Sequence record: DRR723986_20427
Strand: one strand, 5' to 3'
Length of the DNA: 47,116 nucleotides
Numbering within the stretch: position 1 is the stretch's first letter; the number at the start of each line of letters is the position of its first letter. Made by a program: the position numbers and the translations under genes. This document shows, piece by piece, positions 19,179 through 29,118 of this stretch. The notes beneath the pieces were generated by a model. The model saw nothing but the letters and a program-made list of their open reading frames with translations, made no database searches and was not told the DNA's origin.

Positions 19179-20498
19179 GTGAAAAAAGTAGCCTTTTATA
19201 CACTAGGATGTAAGCTAAATTTCTCCGAAACCTCCACTATCAGTCGCCAATTTGAAGAAAAGGGCTACTTAAAAGTGGATTTTCAGGAAAATCCCGATAT
19301 TTTCATCATCAACACCTGCTCGGTTACCGAGAATGCTGATAAGAAGTGTAAGAAGATTGTGAAGGAGGCTAAAAAGATTTCTCCAAATTCATACGTGACC
19401 ATTATTGGGTGCTACGCTCAATTAAAGCCAAAAGAAATATCCGAAATCGAAGGAGTAGATGCAGTTCTTGGAGCAGCTGAGAAATTCCGTTTGATCGAAC
19501 TTTTGGATGATTTTGCTGCAGTACAGGAAACGAAAGTCCTTGCTTCAGAAATCCAAAAAGCCACCGTCTTTAATAATGCATACTCTATTAATGACCGCAC
19601 TAGAACATTCCTGAAAGTTCAAGATGGCTGCAACTACGGATGCGCATTCTGTACTATCCCACTTGCCCGAGGCAAAAGCCGCAGCAATACCATTGAAAGT
19701 GTGCTCCAATCGGCTCGAGAAATCGCTGCAACCGGTGTGAACGAAATAGTGCTAACTGGAGTGAATATAGGTGACTTCGGAATCGTAGATGGAAAAAGAA
19801 ACGAGCGCTTCGCAGACCTAGTCTATGCACTCGATGAGGTAGAAGGCATCAATAGATTGAGGATTTCATCCATCGAGCCAAACTTGCTCACCAACGAAAT
19901 CATCAGCTTTGCAGCACAATCCAAACGCTTTGTCCCACATTTTCATGTCCCTCTTCAATCTGGCTCTAATACTATCTTAAGAAAAATGGGCAGGAGGTAC
20001 CTGCGGGAGTTGTATGTAGATCGAGTTACAAAAATTAAAACACTCATGCCGCACGCCTGTATTGGCGTTGATGTAATCGTCGGCTTTCCTGGCGAGACTG
20101 ACGAGCTTTTCCTCGAGACTTACAATTTCCTGAACGAGCTGGATATTTCTTACCTACATGTTTTCACCTATTCTGAGCGAGCCAATACAAGAGCAGCTGA
20201 GATGGATCAGGTGGTGCCCATGAAAAAGAGAAATGAGCGCTCCAAAATGCTGCGAATTCTTTCGGAGAAAAAGAGAAGAAAATTTTACACAGAGAATCTT
20301 GGCAAAACATTCACGGTACTTTTCGAAGAAGATATTGAGGATGGTAAAATTCACGGCTTCACAGAAAACTACATTCGCGTAGCTGCTAAATACGACCCGA
20401 TGTTGATCAATGAGCTAAAACTCGTGACACTAGATCAAATAAATGACAAAGGAAACGTTGAGGTTTTAGAACCGGAAATGGTCTACGAAAAACACTAA
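19179..20498 (+). CDS. mtaB: tRNA t6A37 methylthiotransferase
   Basis: TLGCKLNFSE and INTCSVT motifs; radical SAM CNYGCAFC; C-terminal TRAM-like GFTENYIRV. Confidence 0.92.
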   Translation: MKKVAFYTLGCKLNFSETSTISRQFEEKGYLKVDFQENPDIFIINTCSVTENADKKCKKIVKEAKKISPNSYVTIIGCYAQLKPKEISEIEGVDAVLGAAEKFRLIELLDDFAAVQETKVLASEIQKATVFNNAYSINDRTRTFLKVQDGCNYGCAFCTIPLARGKSRSNTIESVLQSAREIAATGVNEIVLTGVNIGDFGIVDGKRNERFADLVYALDEVEGINRLRISSIEPNLLTNEIISFAAQSKRFVPHFHVPLQSGSNTILRKMGRRYLRELYVDRVTKIKTLMPHACIGVDVIVGFPGETDELFLETYNFLNELDISYLHVFTYSERANTRAAEMDQVVPMKKRNERSKMLRILSEKKRRKFYTENLGKTFTVLFEEDIEDGKIHGFTENYIRVAAKYDPMLINELKLVTLDQINDKGNVEVLEPEMVYEKH

Positions 20499-20535
20499 AG
20501 GCCAAACATCTTTATCTGTAGGCTGTTGTTTAAAT

Positions 20536-20889
20536 ATGGACACTATATTTAAACCTGACGGAAGAATCACCAGAAGAAGGTATCTGGTGCTATTTATAAT
20601 TTTTTATTTCATCAATATTCTTTGCTTGATGATGATTTGGGATAGTTTCCAATCACAGTCATGGACCATATTCTATGGAGCAGGGGTAGCACTTATTGCA
20701 TCTATTTCAGTTTTGTTGGTTCAAGCAATCAAAAGACTCCATGACATAGGTTATGATTGGAAATATGTCTTTTACCTTTTAATTCCACCTCCGATCAATT
20801 TCATTGGCTTCATATGGTTGGCAGCCAAAAAGGGGCAAGACGGTGCTAATGAATATGGACCTGACCCTAGAAAGACTGATATTGTATAA
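20536..20889 (+). CDS. DUF805 family membrane protein
   Basis: GRITRRRY, KRLHDIG and GANEYGPDP motifs; three hydrophobic segments. Confidence 0.88.
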   Translation: MDTIFKPDGRITRRRYLVLFIIFYFINILCLMMIWDSFQSQSWTIFYGAGVALIASISVLLVQAIKRLHDIGYDWKYVFYLLIPPPINFIGFIWLAAKKGQDGANEYGPDPRKTDIV

Positions 20890-20922
20890 AACCCTAGTAA
20901 TTACTTGACTTAATAAATGATC

Positions 20923-20968
20923 AAAGCGGTACAGAAAGTAAGATTTCTATACCGCTTTAGTTTTTTTA
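20923..20968 (+). terminator. Terminator after mtaB-DUF805
   Basis: AAAGCGGTA.AGAAA...TTTCT.TACCGCTTT followed by a T-run. Confidence 0.65.
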
Positions 20969-21053
20969 GACAAAAGATTCGAATGGGAATCTAAAAACTG
21001 ATGCGTATATACTCCCACATTTTTCTAAATTCAGATCAGCAAAAAAAATAGAA

Positions 21054-23072
21054 GTGAAAGACTCAAATAAAATCGCGCTAGTTAGAGAGGAACCTTGGCT
21101 TGCTCAATACGAACCACAAATACAAAGGCGATTTGATCGATACCAAGAAGCAATTCGTGAAATCAACGATTTCAGTGGAAATATCCTCGAATATGCCTCT
21201 GTCCATAAATTTTACGGAATACATTTCGAAGCCTGGAGAAAAGGCTGGGTCTACCGTGAATGGGCACCTGCAGCCAAGCAACTCTACTTTTTCGGCGATT
21301 TTAACAACTGGGATAGAAGCTCTCATCCCATGAAAAAAAGCGGTCGTGGTGATTGGGAGATTTTCTTGCCTTTTGAGCAATACAAGGATCGCTTTATACA
21401 TGGCAGCAAAGTAAAAGTTCATGTGGTAGCCGAAAATGGCGCTTTGGACAGAATACCCGCCTATATAAGGAGAGTAACCCAAGATGAAACCACACATGAT
21501 GTAGCTGGTCAGCTTTGGTTTGCTGAGAATTTTAAGTGGACTGATGAATCTTTTAGCACAGAGAAAAGCCTGAAGCAACCTTTAATATATGAGTGCCATG
21601 TAGGAATGGCTCAGGAGAAAATGGGAGTTGGAACTTACCAAGAATTTGAAGATTTTACACTTCCACGTATCAAAGCCGCAGGATATAATACCATCCAGAT
21701 GATGGCTATAATGGAGCACCCTTACTATGGATCCTTCGGCTATCATGTTTCTAATTTCTTTGCCCCTACCTCCCGATTTGGCACGCCTGAGGAATTAAAA
21801 TCCCTAGTCAACAAAGCGCATGAAATGGGAATTGCGGTGGTGATGGATATCGTTCATTCTCATGCGATCAAAAATGTAAATGAAGGCCTGAATGAATTTG
21901 ATGGCAGCGATCATCAATATTTCCATCCTGGCGAAAAAGGCTACCATGCGGCCTGGGACTCTAAAGTCTTCGATTATTCCAAGCGTGAAGTGCAACAGTT
22001 CCTACTTTCAAATATCCGATACTGGCTGGAAGAGTTTCATTTTGATGGATTTCGCTTCGATGGTGTGACTTCGATTATGTATCATCATCATGGATTGTTC
22101 ATGGACTTTGATTCAGTTGACCTGTATTTTGACCAAAATGTGGACGAGGATGCGATTTTGTACTTACAGCTGGCAAATACCCTGATTCACAAGTTGAAAC
22201 CTGAAAACATCTCCATCGCAGAAGATATGAGCGGAATGCCAGGCCTTGCCCGCCCCATTGAAAACGGAGGAATTGGATTCGACTTCCGAATGGCGATGGG
22301 AGTTCCAGACTTTTGGATCAAAACCCTAAAACATAAGCAGGACGAGGAATGGGACATGTTTGAGCTTTGGCACCAGCTCACCAACCGGCCAGCGGCAGAG
22401 CGCTCAATAGGCTACGCCGAAAGTCATGATCAGGCTTTAGTCGGCGATCAAACTCTTGCTTTTCGGCTGATGAAAGAAGACATGTATTTTTCCATGTCAA
22501 AACTGCAGCAAAACCTCGTAGTAGATCGTGGAGTGGCACTGCACAAATTAATTAGACTGATCACACTTACACTGGGGGGAGAAGGTTATTTAAATTTTAT
22601 TGGAAATGAATTTGGGCACCCCGACTGGGTGGATTTCCCAAGAGAGGGAAATAACTGGAGTCATCAGCATGCTAGGCGTCAATGGTCTCTCGTTGATGAC
22701 CCACTACTTCGCTATGGACAATTAGACGCATGGGATAAAGCCATTATCAAGCTGGCAACTGATTATTCGCTACTTTCCTCAGCACCTGCTGTTCAACTCT
22801 TTCTTGACCCTGACAAAAAGATCTTGGCCTACGAAAGAGCTGGGTTGATTTTCGTGTTTTCCTTCCACCCTACTGAGTCATTTTTCGGACTGCCAATTCA
22901 TGTTAAAGTCCCCGGGGAATACCAGATCCTATTGAACTCCGATGAAAAAGAATTTAGCGGTTTTGAGCGTTTGGATCTTAAAACGCACTATCCTACCGAT
23001 GAACACAAAAGCATCAAACTTTATGTTCCAAATAGAACAGTGATTGTATTGGAAAAAAAAAGTGACCTATAA
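21054..23072 (+). CDS. glgB: 1,4-alpha-glucan branching enzyme (GH13, eukaryote-like subfamily)
   Basis: YREWAP, IYECHVGM and MDIVHSH motifs; catalytic FRFDGVTS, IAEDMSG and YAESHDQA. Confidence 0.9.
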   Translation: MKDSNKIALVREEPWLAQYEPQIQRRFDRYQEAIREINDFSGNILEYASVHKFYGIHFEAWRKGWVYREWAPAAKQLYFFGDFNNWDRSSHPMKKSGRGDWEIFLPFEQYKDRFIHGSKVKVHVVAENGALDRIPAYIRRVTQDETTHDVAGQLWFAENFKWTDESFSTEKSLKQPLIYECHVGMAQEKMGVGTYQEFEDFTLPRIKAAGYNTIQMMAIMEHPYYGSFGYHVSNFFAPTSRFGTPEELKSLVNKAHEMGIAVVMDIVHSHAIKNVNEGLNEFDGSDHQYFHPGEKGYHAAWDSKVFDYSKREVQQFLLSNIRYWLEEFHFDGFRFDGVTSIMYHHHGLFMDFDSVDLYFDQNVDEDAILYLQLANTLIHKLKPENISIAEDMSGMPGLARPIENGGIGFDFRMAMGVPDFWIKTLKHKQDEEWDMFELWHQLTNRPAAERSIGYAESHDQALVGDQTLAFRLMKEDMYFSMSKLQQNLVVDRGVALHKLIRLITLTLGGEGYLNFIGNEFGHPDWVDFPREGNNWSHQHARRQWSLVDDPLLRYGQLDAWDKAIIKLATDYSLLSSAPAVQLFLDPDKKILAYERAGLIFVFSFHPTESFFGLPIHVKVPGEYQILLNSDEKEFSGFERLDLKTHYPTDEHKSIKLYVPNRTVIVLEKKSDL

Positions 23073-23089
23073 ACTGCGTAAAAGATTAA

Positions 23090-23710
23090 ATGAATCATTT
23101 CGTTGATGCGTATTTCACAGAAGGCTGTGGGCGCTGTCCATTTGGAGGCACACCTCAGTGCAAAGTTCATCACTGGACGGAAGAGTTAAAGCTTCTGAGA
23201 AAAATCATCCTTGACTGTGGACTTGAGGAACAGTCCAAATGGGGTGTTCCCACTTACACCTACCGAAAAAGTAATGTCCTCATTTTAGCAGCATTTAAAG
23301 AATACTGTTCGGTAAGCTTTTTTAAGGGAGCTCTTTTAAGCGATACAGAGAAAATCCTAAGTAAGCCAGGTGAAAACACGCAAGCAGCACGGCTGATCAA
23401 GTACACAAGCATTGACGAAGTATCTAATTTAAAAAACAGGCTGAAAGACTACATTTTTGAAGCTATTGAAGTAGAGAAAGCTGGATTAAAAGTCAAATTT
23501 GAAAAGAAGCCAGAACCAATCCTTGAAGAACTCCAACGCAAGCTAGACCAAAACCCGGAACTAAAATCAGCCTTTGAAGCATTGACTCCAGGCAGACAAA
23601 GGGGCTACATTTTGTTTTTTTCTGCTCCCAAACAGTCAAAAACCCGGGAGTCAAGGATTGAAAAATGTATCCCGAAAATTCTCGCTGGTGTGGGCCTGAA
23701 TGATCGGTAA
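23090..23710 (+). CDS. YdeI/OmpD-associated family protein (DUF1801)
   Basis: KWGVPTY, FFKGALLSD and FEALTPGRQRGY...KQSKTRESRI motifs. Confidence 0.85.
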   Translation: MNHFVDAYFTEGCGRCPFGGTPQCKVHHWTEELKLLRKIILDCGLEEQSKWGVPTYTYRKSNVLILAAFKEYCSVSFFKGALLSDTEKILSKPGENTQAARLIKYTSIDEVSNLKNRLKDYIFEAIEVEKAGLKVKFEKKPEPILEELQRKLDQNPELKSAFEALTPGRQRGYILFFSAPKQSKTRESRIEKCIPKILAGVGLNDR

Positions 23711-23763
23711 TTCTTGTTCATTCGGATCTGCAATCAATCATCTGGTCCTCAGCCCTTATTTGA

Positions 23764-25455
23764 TCAACCAATATTCCCCTTTTTCATTTCTTTTACTGCA
23801 TAATCAACCGCTCTGGCAGTTAAAGCCATATAGGTAATAGATGGATTCTGGGTTCCTGTTGAAGTCATGCAAGCACCATCTGTAACGAATACATTTGGAG
23901 CCAAATGCATCTGATTGAATCCGTTGAGTAGCGAATTCTCAGGATCTCTACCCATTCTCACTCCACCCATCTCATGAATATCCAAGCCCGGAGATTGCTT
24001 ACTGTCACCTTTACGGATATTCACGCAACCTGCTTTGGTGAGCATTTCCTCCCCTTGGTCATGAAAATCGGTTAATATTTTCTCGTCATTCTCATCGTAG
24101 CCTACCTTGATTTGCAGCAATGGAATTCCCCATTCGTCCTTCTGATCAGGACTTAAACTGACCTGATTAGACTCTTTGGGAATTGTTTCTCCCTGCATCA
24201 TCATGTAAACAGACCATGGCCCAGGTTTAGAATTATCATTCTTAAATACCGCTCCAAATGGAACTTCGGAAGAATGTCCAAATCCCGCCCTTCCTGCCGA
24301 ATAAAAAGTCATATAACCACGCAAAAAGTCCATTTCTTGCTTTTTCACATTCCTGAAATTGGGCATCATCACAGCCGTTGGCCTTCTGCCAAAATAGTAC
24401 TTGTCATCAAACCCCTCGTAATTGGCATTGATGGATCCACGATAGTTGTGGAAGGCGATATACTTTCCTAAAATCCCTGAGTCATTTCCAAGACCGTTTG
24501 GAAAGCGCTTGGAAGTGCTATTCAGCAAAATCAAGTTGGTATTCAATGCAGAAGCATTTAAAAAAATCACATCCGCAAAATATTCTGAAGATTCCTTTGT
24601 GATACGATCTACAATGCGAACTCCTGTTACTTTACCCTTTTCATCATCATAAATCAGGGAATGAACCACAGAATCAGGTCTCACTGTCAGGTTTCCTGTT
24701 TTAGCAGCTGTGGGCAAAGTTGAAGAATTCGAACTAAAATAGCCACCAAACGGACACCCTCGGTAGCATTGATTTCTAGCCATACATTGACCTCGGCCTT
24801 GGGCAAGGTGGACCTCTTTTGGTTCAGTAAGATGTGCACATCGGCCTATAATAACATCTCGATCAGTATATGACGCCTTGATACGTTTCTGAATTTCTTT
24901 CTCTACACAATTCATTTCCCAAGCTTTCAAAAACTCGCCATCAGGTAGCGTATCCAAACCTTCATAGCTTCCGCTTATTCCCACGAACTTTTCGACATAG
25001 CTGTACCAAGGAGCAATATCCTCATACCGTATTGGCCAATCAACAGCAAATCCATCTCGGCCCGGCCCCTCGAAATCATATTTACTCCATCGCTGAGTTT
25101 GACGAGCCCAAATCAAAGATTTCCCACCAACCTGATAGCCTCGCACCCAGTCAAAAGGTTTTTCCTGCACGTATGGATGCTCCGAATCTTTGACAAAAAA
25201 ATGCTGCGTATCTTCCTTATAGGCATAGCAACGATTTACTACAGGGTTTTCAAGTTTATCGGCTCTGGGAATTTGATTGCGATGAGGCATTTCCCAAGGT
25301 GCAGCGGTCATAGTAGGATAATCTTTCAAATGCTTCACATCCCTACCTCTTTCTAATACTAAGGTTTTCAAGCCTTTCTCACATAGCTCCTTTGCAGCCC
25401 AGCCTCCACTAATTCCAGAACCTACTACTAGTGCATCAAATTGATTCGATTTCAT
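23764..25455 (-). CDS. GMC family oxidoreductase (glycoside 3-dehydrogenase-like flavoprotein)
   Basis: VVGSGISGGWAAKEL; Cys cluster CMARNQCYRGC; IHEMGGVRMG; QNPSITYMALTAR. Confidence 0.88.
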   Translation of the reverse strand: MKSNQFDALVVGSGISGGWAAKELCEKGLKTLVLERGRDVKHLKDYPTMTAAPWEMPHRNQIPRADKLENPVVNRCYAYKEDTQHFFVKDSEHPYVQEKPFDWVRGYQVGGKSLIWARQTQRWSKYDFEGPGRDGFAVDWPIRYEDIAPWYSYVEKFVGISGSYEGLDTLPDGEFLKAWEMNCVEKEIQKRIKASYTDRDVIIGRCAHLTEPKEVHLAQGRGQCMARNQCYRGCPFGGYFSSNSSTLPTAAKTGNLTVRPDSVVHSLIYDDEKGKVTGVRIVDRITKESSEYFADVIFLNASALNTNLILLNSTSKRFPNGLGNDSGILGKYIAFHNYRGSINANYEGFDDKYYFGRRPTAVMMPNFRNVKKQEMDFLRGYMTFYSAGRAGFGHSSEVPFGAVFKNDNSKPGPWSVYMMMQGETIPKESNQVSLSPDQKDEWGIPLLQIKVGYDENDEKILTDFHDQGEEMLTKAGCVNIRKGDSKQSPGLDIHEMGGVRMGRDPENSLLNGFNQMHLAPNVFVTDGACMTSTGTQNPSITYMALTARAVDYAVKEMKKGNIG

Positions 25456-25521
25456 GCTTGGAATCTATTGAAATTAGCAGAAACTTTTTACAAAAAATCC
25501 ATGAAGGTTACAAGAAGGCAT

Positions 25522-25547
25522 AAAAAAAGGGCTATCAACTAGCCCTT
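25522..25547 (-). terminator. Intrinsic terminator
   Basis: AAGGGCTA-tcaac-TAGCCCTT with T-run on -. Confidence 0.65.
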
Positions 25548-25697
25548 GCAGTTTATAGGCGATTTACCTTAAAACCCTTCCCAATAGAATATGGAGAAAC
25601 AATTTTTTAAAAATTCAATGTATATATCAATTTAACTGCACTTAAGCACATTAAATCAATGCCAATAGTTTTCTCTAATCCTAACCTACAAAGATCC

Positions 25698-25982
25698 TTA
25701 TTTTTCCTCCTCGTCTGCATTACTATAGAGATTGTTCTCCTCATCCTCGGATCCGATTCTTTCCTGCTCATCATCCAATTCACTACCTGGGACATCCAAC
25801 CCATCGCCTGTGAAATCGACTTTGCGTTTTCTTTCCAGCAACTGCTCATCGTCTCCGCCATCCTGACTCAAATTAGCATCCTTTGGACCTAAAGCCTGCA
25901 GGTCTTCTTTCGTCACCTTGGCTTCTTTAGCAAGTTCTTCGGTAGTTTTCTCGTTGGAATTTTCTGGTCTATTAGTTTTCAT
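25698..25982 (-). CDS. Small acidic hydrophilic hypothetical protein
   Basis: 94 aa from MKTNRP, D/E/K-rich, ending GLDVPGSELDDEQERIGSEDEENNLYS; start supported by the promoter at 26006-26023. Confidence 0.75.
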   Translation of the reverse strand: MKTNRPENSNEKTTEELAKEAKVTKEDLQALGPKDANLSQDGGDDEQLLERKRKVDFTGDGLDVPGSELDDEQERIGSEDEENNLYSNADEEEK

Positions 25983-26005
25983 GATTTTTATGTTTTCTAT
26001 AGTTA

Positions 26006-26023
26006 GGGCAACATGAATGCCTT
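26006..26023 (-). promoter_or_regulatory. sigma54-like promoter
   Basis: AAGGCATTCATGTTGCCC, canonical GG-N10-GC. Confidence 0.7.
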
Positions 26024-26179
26024 TCAGAAGTCTAATCATGTGAAACAAACTTAATTACCCTGCTGCGGTTGATAAGCCTGTTTTATCCATTTCTAAAAAA
26101 TATCCTTGATTAAATCAGATTCTTGTATATCATGATTTTTGTGCAGAAATGTTCCCAACTTGGGCAGCTAGGTTTATTG

Positions 26180-27487
26180 TTATTGTAAAAAGGCAGGAAG
26201 AAAAAGCACGTTGCCATCCTGATCCAAAATCATATCAAATCCATCCTCAGTCTCTCCAACTTTCCTAAAATCTGCCAAATCCACCAATAAACTGTCGTTG
26301 GAAGCTTGTGATGGCAGAGTATGAGCGTAAGAAACCTTTTCTTTTAGAGAGGTAGACTCAATTGGTGATAGCAGATTCTTATATAAAAATCCAAAATTAC
26401 CATCAGCATCCTCCACCTGATACCAGTCTAGAGTCGAAGCACGCACGAATACAGGTGTGTTAGCTTTCATTTGGGAAATTATACTTGACTTGGTACTAGG
26501 CTGAGACCTTAAGTTTGCCTGAGATGTATTCACTTTCATCAGTGCAGCCACTTGCTCTTCTTTAAGTTTTGTCGCTTGCTGAAAGTCATTTTTTATCGCC
26601 GGAAAGGGATTGATTGCACCATTTTGATAAATACCAAAGTGCAGATGTGGAGCTGTTGTTCTGGCATTGCCGGTATTTCCTACCAAACCCAAGGTATCGC
26701 CAGGATTTACCCGCTGAAGGTTACTTACTAATTGACTGTCCAAATGAGCAAAATACAGGTTCCAGTTGCGCTCAGGATCCCTTACCCAAACTTGCTTTCC
26801 ACCCAATCCTCTATCCCTAACTGCAGTAACCACTCCTGATACTGGTGCGAGGACCGGAGTGCCGCGAACTGCAAAAATATCCACGCCTTCATGTGACCTT
26901 TTGCCACCATCTCGGACATCGCCCCATACACTCTGAATAGCTTTACTATTTTTGCCCTGAACAGGAAAGACAGCGTAGGTTGCAATACCTCTGATTTGAA
27001 TCTGAAAATTACCTGCACCTAATAACTCCGGCTGAATACGGAGCAAATACTGTCCGGTTTTCTGCGCTTCGAATTTCACAGAGTCGCTCTGCGTTGCAAA
27101 AGATTCCAGCTCCTTCCAGTCCGGACCCTGCATAATATCCACGATTAACTTGCTACTGTCTAGCGCCTGCCAATGAACAAGAATATTCATCGATGCACCT
27201 TGCTCCAGCTGTATTTTCCAAGCTTTTGCCTCTATAGTTTTAGACTTAAAACTGCCTTGTATGGAGATTGGAACTTCCAGCTGCGGAGCTTTTAAAATAG
27301 CTTCATTGGCAGAGTGTTTCCACTCGGAACCGATCCTAGTAGCACCAATACCCGAATTTTCAAGTGTATTGAGATAGGTTGTTCTGGCTGAGCTGGACTT
27401 AAAAATCCTCAGTGTTTGATTGTTACAAGAGAACAAAAGAACAATCAGGAAAGCAAAAATGGGCAATATAAGATTAGCGCTTTTCAT
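26180..27487 (-). CDS. M23 family peptidase lipoprotein with SH3-like domain
   Basis: Lipobox LFSC; HEGVD, YFAHL and PHLHF Zn motifs; ANLRSQPST SH3b-like segment. Confidence 0.88.
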   Translation of the reverse strand: MKSANLILPIFAFLIVLLFSCNNQTLRIFKSSSARTTYLNTLENSGIGATRIGSEWKHSANEAILKAPQLEVPISIQGSFKSKTIEAKAWKIQLEQGASMNILVHWQALDSSKLIVDIMQGPDWKELESFATQSDSVKFEAQKTGQYLLRIQPELLGAGNFQIQIRGIATYAVFPVQGKNSKAIQSVWGDVRDGGKRSHEGVDIFAVRGTPVLAPVSGVVTAVRDRGLGGKQVWVRDPERNWNLYFAHLDSQLVSNLQRVNPGDTLGLVGNTGNARTTAPHLHFGIYQNGAINPFPAIKNDFQQATKLKEEQVAALMKVNTSQANLRSQPSTKSSIISQMKANTPVFVRASTLDWYQVEDADGNFGFLYKNLLSPIESTSLKEKVSYAHTLPSQASNDSLLVDLADFRKVGETEDGFDMILDQDGNVLFLPAFLQ

Positions 27488-27984
27488 TGTGCGATTTTAG
27501 CTTCCTCCTGTAGTTGGTACCATAGCTCTGGATTGTCAGTGATCATCTGAAACACATTGACACTTACTAATCCAAAAATGATATGAGCAATTAGTAGAGC
27601 AATAAAAAAGTGAATATGAGAGAACGTAGGAGGATGGGAATGCAAAATTATATATCCCTGCCAAACCCCAATAGCAAGTACTCCGCTGATAAATCCTATC
27701 AAAACAGAATCCTCACGATTAATCCGAAAAACTCCCCAGTTCCAAAGAAGAAAATAGGCAAACGAAAATAATACCCCAACTCCAAAATGTGCTATCGTTC
27801 CTATTACCCACGCATTTCTGGAGGGAGTGTAATAATTACTTTCCCCTACAAGCATGTTACCTAGGATATGTATCACTTTAGTGAATTGCTTTGTACTAAA
27901 TGAATACAGATACATACATATAGTCATGGCTATAGTTCCTACTACTCCAGCAAGGATCGTTATAAAGAATTGTTGGATATCCAT
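27484..27984 (-). CDS. Hypothetical membrane protein (about 4 TM, His in helices)
   Basis: Hydrophobic segments with AHFGVG and AHIIFG; ATGA overlap with the M23 gene. Confidence 0.75.
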   Translation of the reverse strand: MDIQQFFITILAGVVGTIAMTICMYLYSFSTKQFTKVIHILGNMLVGESNYYTPSRNAWVIGTIAHFGVGVLFSFAYFLLWNWGVFRINREDSVLIGFISGVLAIGVWQGYIILHSHPPTFSHIHFFIALLIAHIIFGLVSVNVFQMITDNPELWYQLQEEAKIAQ

Positions 27985-28030
27985 AATGCTTTAGGTTTAA
28001 AAGGAATACAGGTAAAGGTGATAGCAATAG

Positions 28031-28048
28031 CCTCTAAAAACATTCCAA
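28031..28048 (-). promoter_or_regulatory. sigma54-like promoter
   Basis: TTGGAATGTTTTTAGAGG, GG-N10-GA. Confidence 0.55.
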
Positions 28049-28298
28049 GAGAGAAAGTCCCTTTGATCACCAAAAGTGCCAAGGCAATTTGAGTTCTATT
28101 GATTTAAAGTAAATCTCTTCAGAAAAAGCTGGAAAAGTCGTTTTATTGCTAATCCATAGTCTCTCAAAGGATTCTTCTTCACAGTTCAAAAAATCCCTGA
28201 ATTAGTGATTTTATATAATCTAAAAAATTGTAGCGGTCTATTCCCCGTAAAAATGTCTTAGAGTTTCCTCAGAATGAGGATTAAATTCATTGAAAGAG

Positions 28299-28348
28299 AA
28301 GAGGATGATACAATGCACAAAATTTTATTGGGTATGTATCATCCTCTT
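28299..28348. terminator. 14-bp perfect inverted repeat downstream of lipoprotein gene
   Basis: AAGAGGATGATACA...TGTATCATCCTCTT. Confidence 0.6.
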
Positions 28349-28366
28349 AAAATAGGAAGGGTGGAA

Positions 28367-28768
28367 TTAATCTATTGATTTCCTTTTACCATCTTCGTCA
28401 AAAACCAAAATCTGATTTGGTCCCTCTTTCATACGGAATTCAAGTTCGTAGTAAGTAATGCTATTTTCCTCAAATCTTCTTTTGACTAAAATGCTATCCG
28501 GATGAATATCACTACTCTTCTCTATCACAGATAGTAATTCCTGAGGTAGGTCAATAGAATCAGTTGATTCAATCACCACTGGAATTGAAGTTCCATCAGT
28601 AAGCCTCATGCTTGTATCTGAGCCCGCTTTCATTTTCTCATCTATCGCTGTGGACTCATCTACTTCCATCACGCCGTTATCCGTGACGCTTCCATATTCC
28701 TTTTCCTCATTACACCCCATAAGAATGGTGGTAAGTGCTAGTGCAAATAATGCTATGTGCTTTTTCAT
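28367..28768 (-). CDS. Hypothetical acidic lipoprotein
   Basis: Lipobox LMGC; C-terminal YYELEF...LVFDEDGK resembles a PepSY-like/BLIP-like repeat. Confidence 0.75.
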   Translation of the reverse strand: MKKHIALFALALTTILMGCNEEKEYGSVTDNGVMEVDESTAIDEKMKAGSDTSMRLTDGTSIPVVIESTDSIDLPQELLSVIEKSSDIHPDSILVKRRFEENSITYYELEFRMKEGPNQILVFDEDGKRKSID

Positions 28769-28809
28769 AAAATGATTATTTTAATTGAATAGGTTGATGA
28801 CAATGGGTA

Positions 28810-28827
28810 CTTCAAAATTTAACCCAA
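28810..28827 (-). promoter_or_regulatory. sigma54-like promoter
   Basis: TTGGGTTAAATTTTGAAG, GG-N10-GA. Confidence 0.6.
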
Positions 28828-29118
28828 GAGTGAATAATGGTCTTCAGAAGCACTAACAACAGATTTTGTAATGATTTCACGATTAAGAAGTCTTCCAAAT
28901 TTCCCCGGCTTGAGGAAAATATCACGCAATAATCAACCTTCTACCCTTTATAGATTATACCATAAACTTGAAAAAAGCCCGCAGACCTTATTACTCCCAC
29001 AATCGAAAAGTATACCCCTAGAATTATGGTTGTAATAAAGTAAACAGGCTTCATACGATTCATTTTTTCGAATTCGAGTTTTAATGTGATTCGTTTTTAG
29101 TGAGTCATAGTTAATTCT

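Noticed and set aside
28299-28348. Inverted repeat as a MITE/REP element
   Set aside because: Single copy in the window, no target duplication, and its position fits a terminator
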